A stretch of 64,000 nucleotides of DNA, counting the filler, from Diploschistes diacapsis (lineage: Eukaryota): assembly GCA_023645945.1 (NCBI GenBank). It is 14 parts of 14 records of this genome, joined end to end, with 100 filler letters (N's around TTAATTAATTAA, not from the genome) between each part and the next. Parts side by side here need not be neighbours in the genome. Positions count along the whole stretch, not along the records: positions 61,566 to 64,000 come from JALAIB010002210.1; 13 more parts are not named here. One strand, given 5' to 3'. Of this stretch, positions 62,231 to 64,000 are shown piece after piece. The number at the start of each line of letters is the position of its first letter. Positions within the stretch are counted from its first letter, which is position 1. A program made the translations under genes and the position numbers. The notes beneath the pieces were generated by a model. The model had not been told where the DNA came from, made no database searches, and was given only the letters and a program-made list of their open reading frames with translations.

Positions 62231-64000
62231 ATGGCGACGGTGACCCAGCCGCGAGTGCGTGGGCGCCCTGCACGTAGGCTTGCATCGACTGACATTTTGT
62301 ACCATCTCTAATGGCTCCGCAGACGTCCCAGGTCCAACTTTTCTCGCATATACACCCAACGGCCGCCGTCTCATCACTGCGGGCAGCAACAATGTCATTC
62401 GCATCTACGAATCGGGCTCGAGCGGAGAGCCCGTCAACGTGGACGACTGCCAGGAGAATAACCTTGCGGTTGCTGCGACGGTAAGTTGGAGTACCGTGCC
62501 AGGGAAAGATGGATTGCTGATCAAGCACAGAACGATTTCTTCATTACCGGCGCGGAAGATGGCATGGTTTGCATGTACTCGCTCGAGAGCAGCCAGTACG
62601 AGAAGATGCTCATCCGGTGCACGCTGCCGATACGAGACATTGCCGTCTCGCCAGACGGGCAGTGGGCGGCCGTCGCGAGCGAGTACGTCAAGTCTCCCGC
62701 CGATGGTTGCACGGTGCGCAAACGCTAAGGCTTCGATAGCGAGCTCACGGTCAAGGTCGTCAACGTCCAGGACCCCACGAGATTCGTCTATATCCGCGAC
62801 TGCCCCAAGCCCGCAAAGCATCTGACGTACGACCCTAGCGGCTCACACCTGGCTATCTCGTGCACAGATGGTGTTGTGTACGTCTACCGCCTCAGCACCG
62901 AGGAGCCAGAGCTGGTGCGCAAGGTGGACGGGCTGATCCGTCAGCTCGAAACCACCGACGAGGCCTCGTCGAGGGCGATCTGGCATCCCGACGGACGGGC
63001 CTTTGCGGTTCCGACGGTCACGCGGGAAGCGCAGGTCGTTTCGTTGGGCGACGGTGAAAAGCAGCGGGCTTTTTCGAACGGGCATGCGGGCGAGATCACG
63101 GCGCTTGCGTGGTCGCCAAATGGGGCGCTCCTGCTTACAGCGGGGGCGGATAAGAAGATTACGCTGTGGGAGGTGAAGAGTCAGAAGGTGCTTGCACGGT
63201 AAGCTAAAATCAGTAGAAAGCAGGGCGTGTGCTGACAAAGGCCTCAGTTACGACTACCCGAACATCATGAACATTGCTTGGCATCCTACAGAGAATATTG
63301 TGTCTTTCGCCACCTCGGATGGCGAAATTTTCATTTACAACGATTTTGTGCCGGCAGAGCACGCGGCTCAACTAGAGCATACGCTACAGCCAGCGCCTTT
63401 CATCCACGATCCGTTGCAGGAGGTCTCGGGCAATGCGCGCAAGACCCTCACCAACGGCACCAAGCCGCCCGCAGAGCATCGGACAAGGAGGCGAGGCACC
63501 CCCGACTCGCTCGACGACATCCTTGGTCCTGACGAAGATGGCTACGAGGACGACTTTGTCGATGACGATGACGGCGCTGGCTACGCTCTCGGCGTCAATG
63601 GCAATGGAAAGCGGACCAACGGACATCTAGACGACCTTGACGGCTACGACGCGAAGAGACGAGCTATTTGGCAGCCGAGCATTCACAAGCCCTTTCAGCC
63701 AAGCAGCACGCCTTGGAGAGGAAACAGGCGGTATCTCTGTGAGTTGCTTCGACGATGGATTGAATCCGATTCTGACAGCTGCAGGCCTCAACCTAATCGG
63801 CTTCGCCTGGACCGTTGACCAAGACACCCACCACACCGTAACCGTCGAGTTCTACGACCGGGAGTTCCACCGCGACTTCCACTTCACCGACCCCTTTCTC
63901 TACGACAAAGCCTGCCTCAGTACTTCCTCCCCCCTTAGACTCACTCGCCATCTCACCATCCCACTAATATCTACCTGCAGACGAAAACGGCGCCCTCTTC
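62231..64000 (+). CDS. CTF4: Ctf4/Mcl1/SepB WD40 replisome adaptor (3'-truncated by window)
   Basis: PRVRGRPAH, WD40 repeats, PFQPSSTPWRGNRRYLCLNLIG, VTVEFYDREFHRDFHFTD; multiple GT-AG introns. Confidence 0.92.

Overview
Filamentous ascomycete (Pezizomycotina-like) genomic DNA from a draft assembly. Positions 1-25659 are one gene-dense contig: mccA, VPS34, NSE4, OCH1, cys2-type O-acyltransferase, SPT16, a mitochondrial carrier and several hypothetical genes. The rest is 13 short contigs (twelve of about 2.87-2.90 kb in decreasing size order, plus a last one cut by the window edge) joined by artificial N44-TTAATTAATTAA-N44 linkers, so adjacency there is not biological. These contigs carry housekeeping genes (FucP-like MFS transporter, UBX5, HRP1 3' end, DIM1, MRM2, a Zn2Cys6 factor, a BTB protein, CTF4) and RIP-degraded Ty3/gypsy, Fot1/pogo and hAT-like elements. 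The main candidate is an intact, very AT-rich, spliced gene at 37745-40633. It fuses Cys/His zinc-binding motifs, a cryptic tyrosine-recombinase-like catalytic set (R-K-R-H-Y) and a RecQ-type helicase start, and may be the core gene of an uncharacterised mobile element. Other points of note: a DIM1 intron with no AG acceptor, an MRM2 coding-like segment that can only be expressed as an intron plus a 4-nt microexon, a CCA-ended tRNA-Leu 3' half, and an extra ORF behind a gypsy integrase. All product calls come from manual reading and recalled family motifs; no searches were run.
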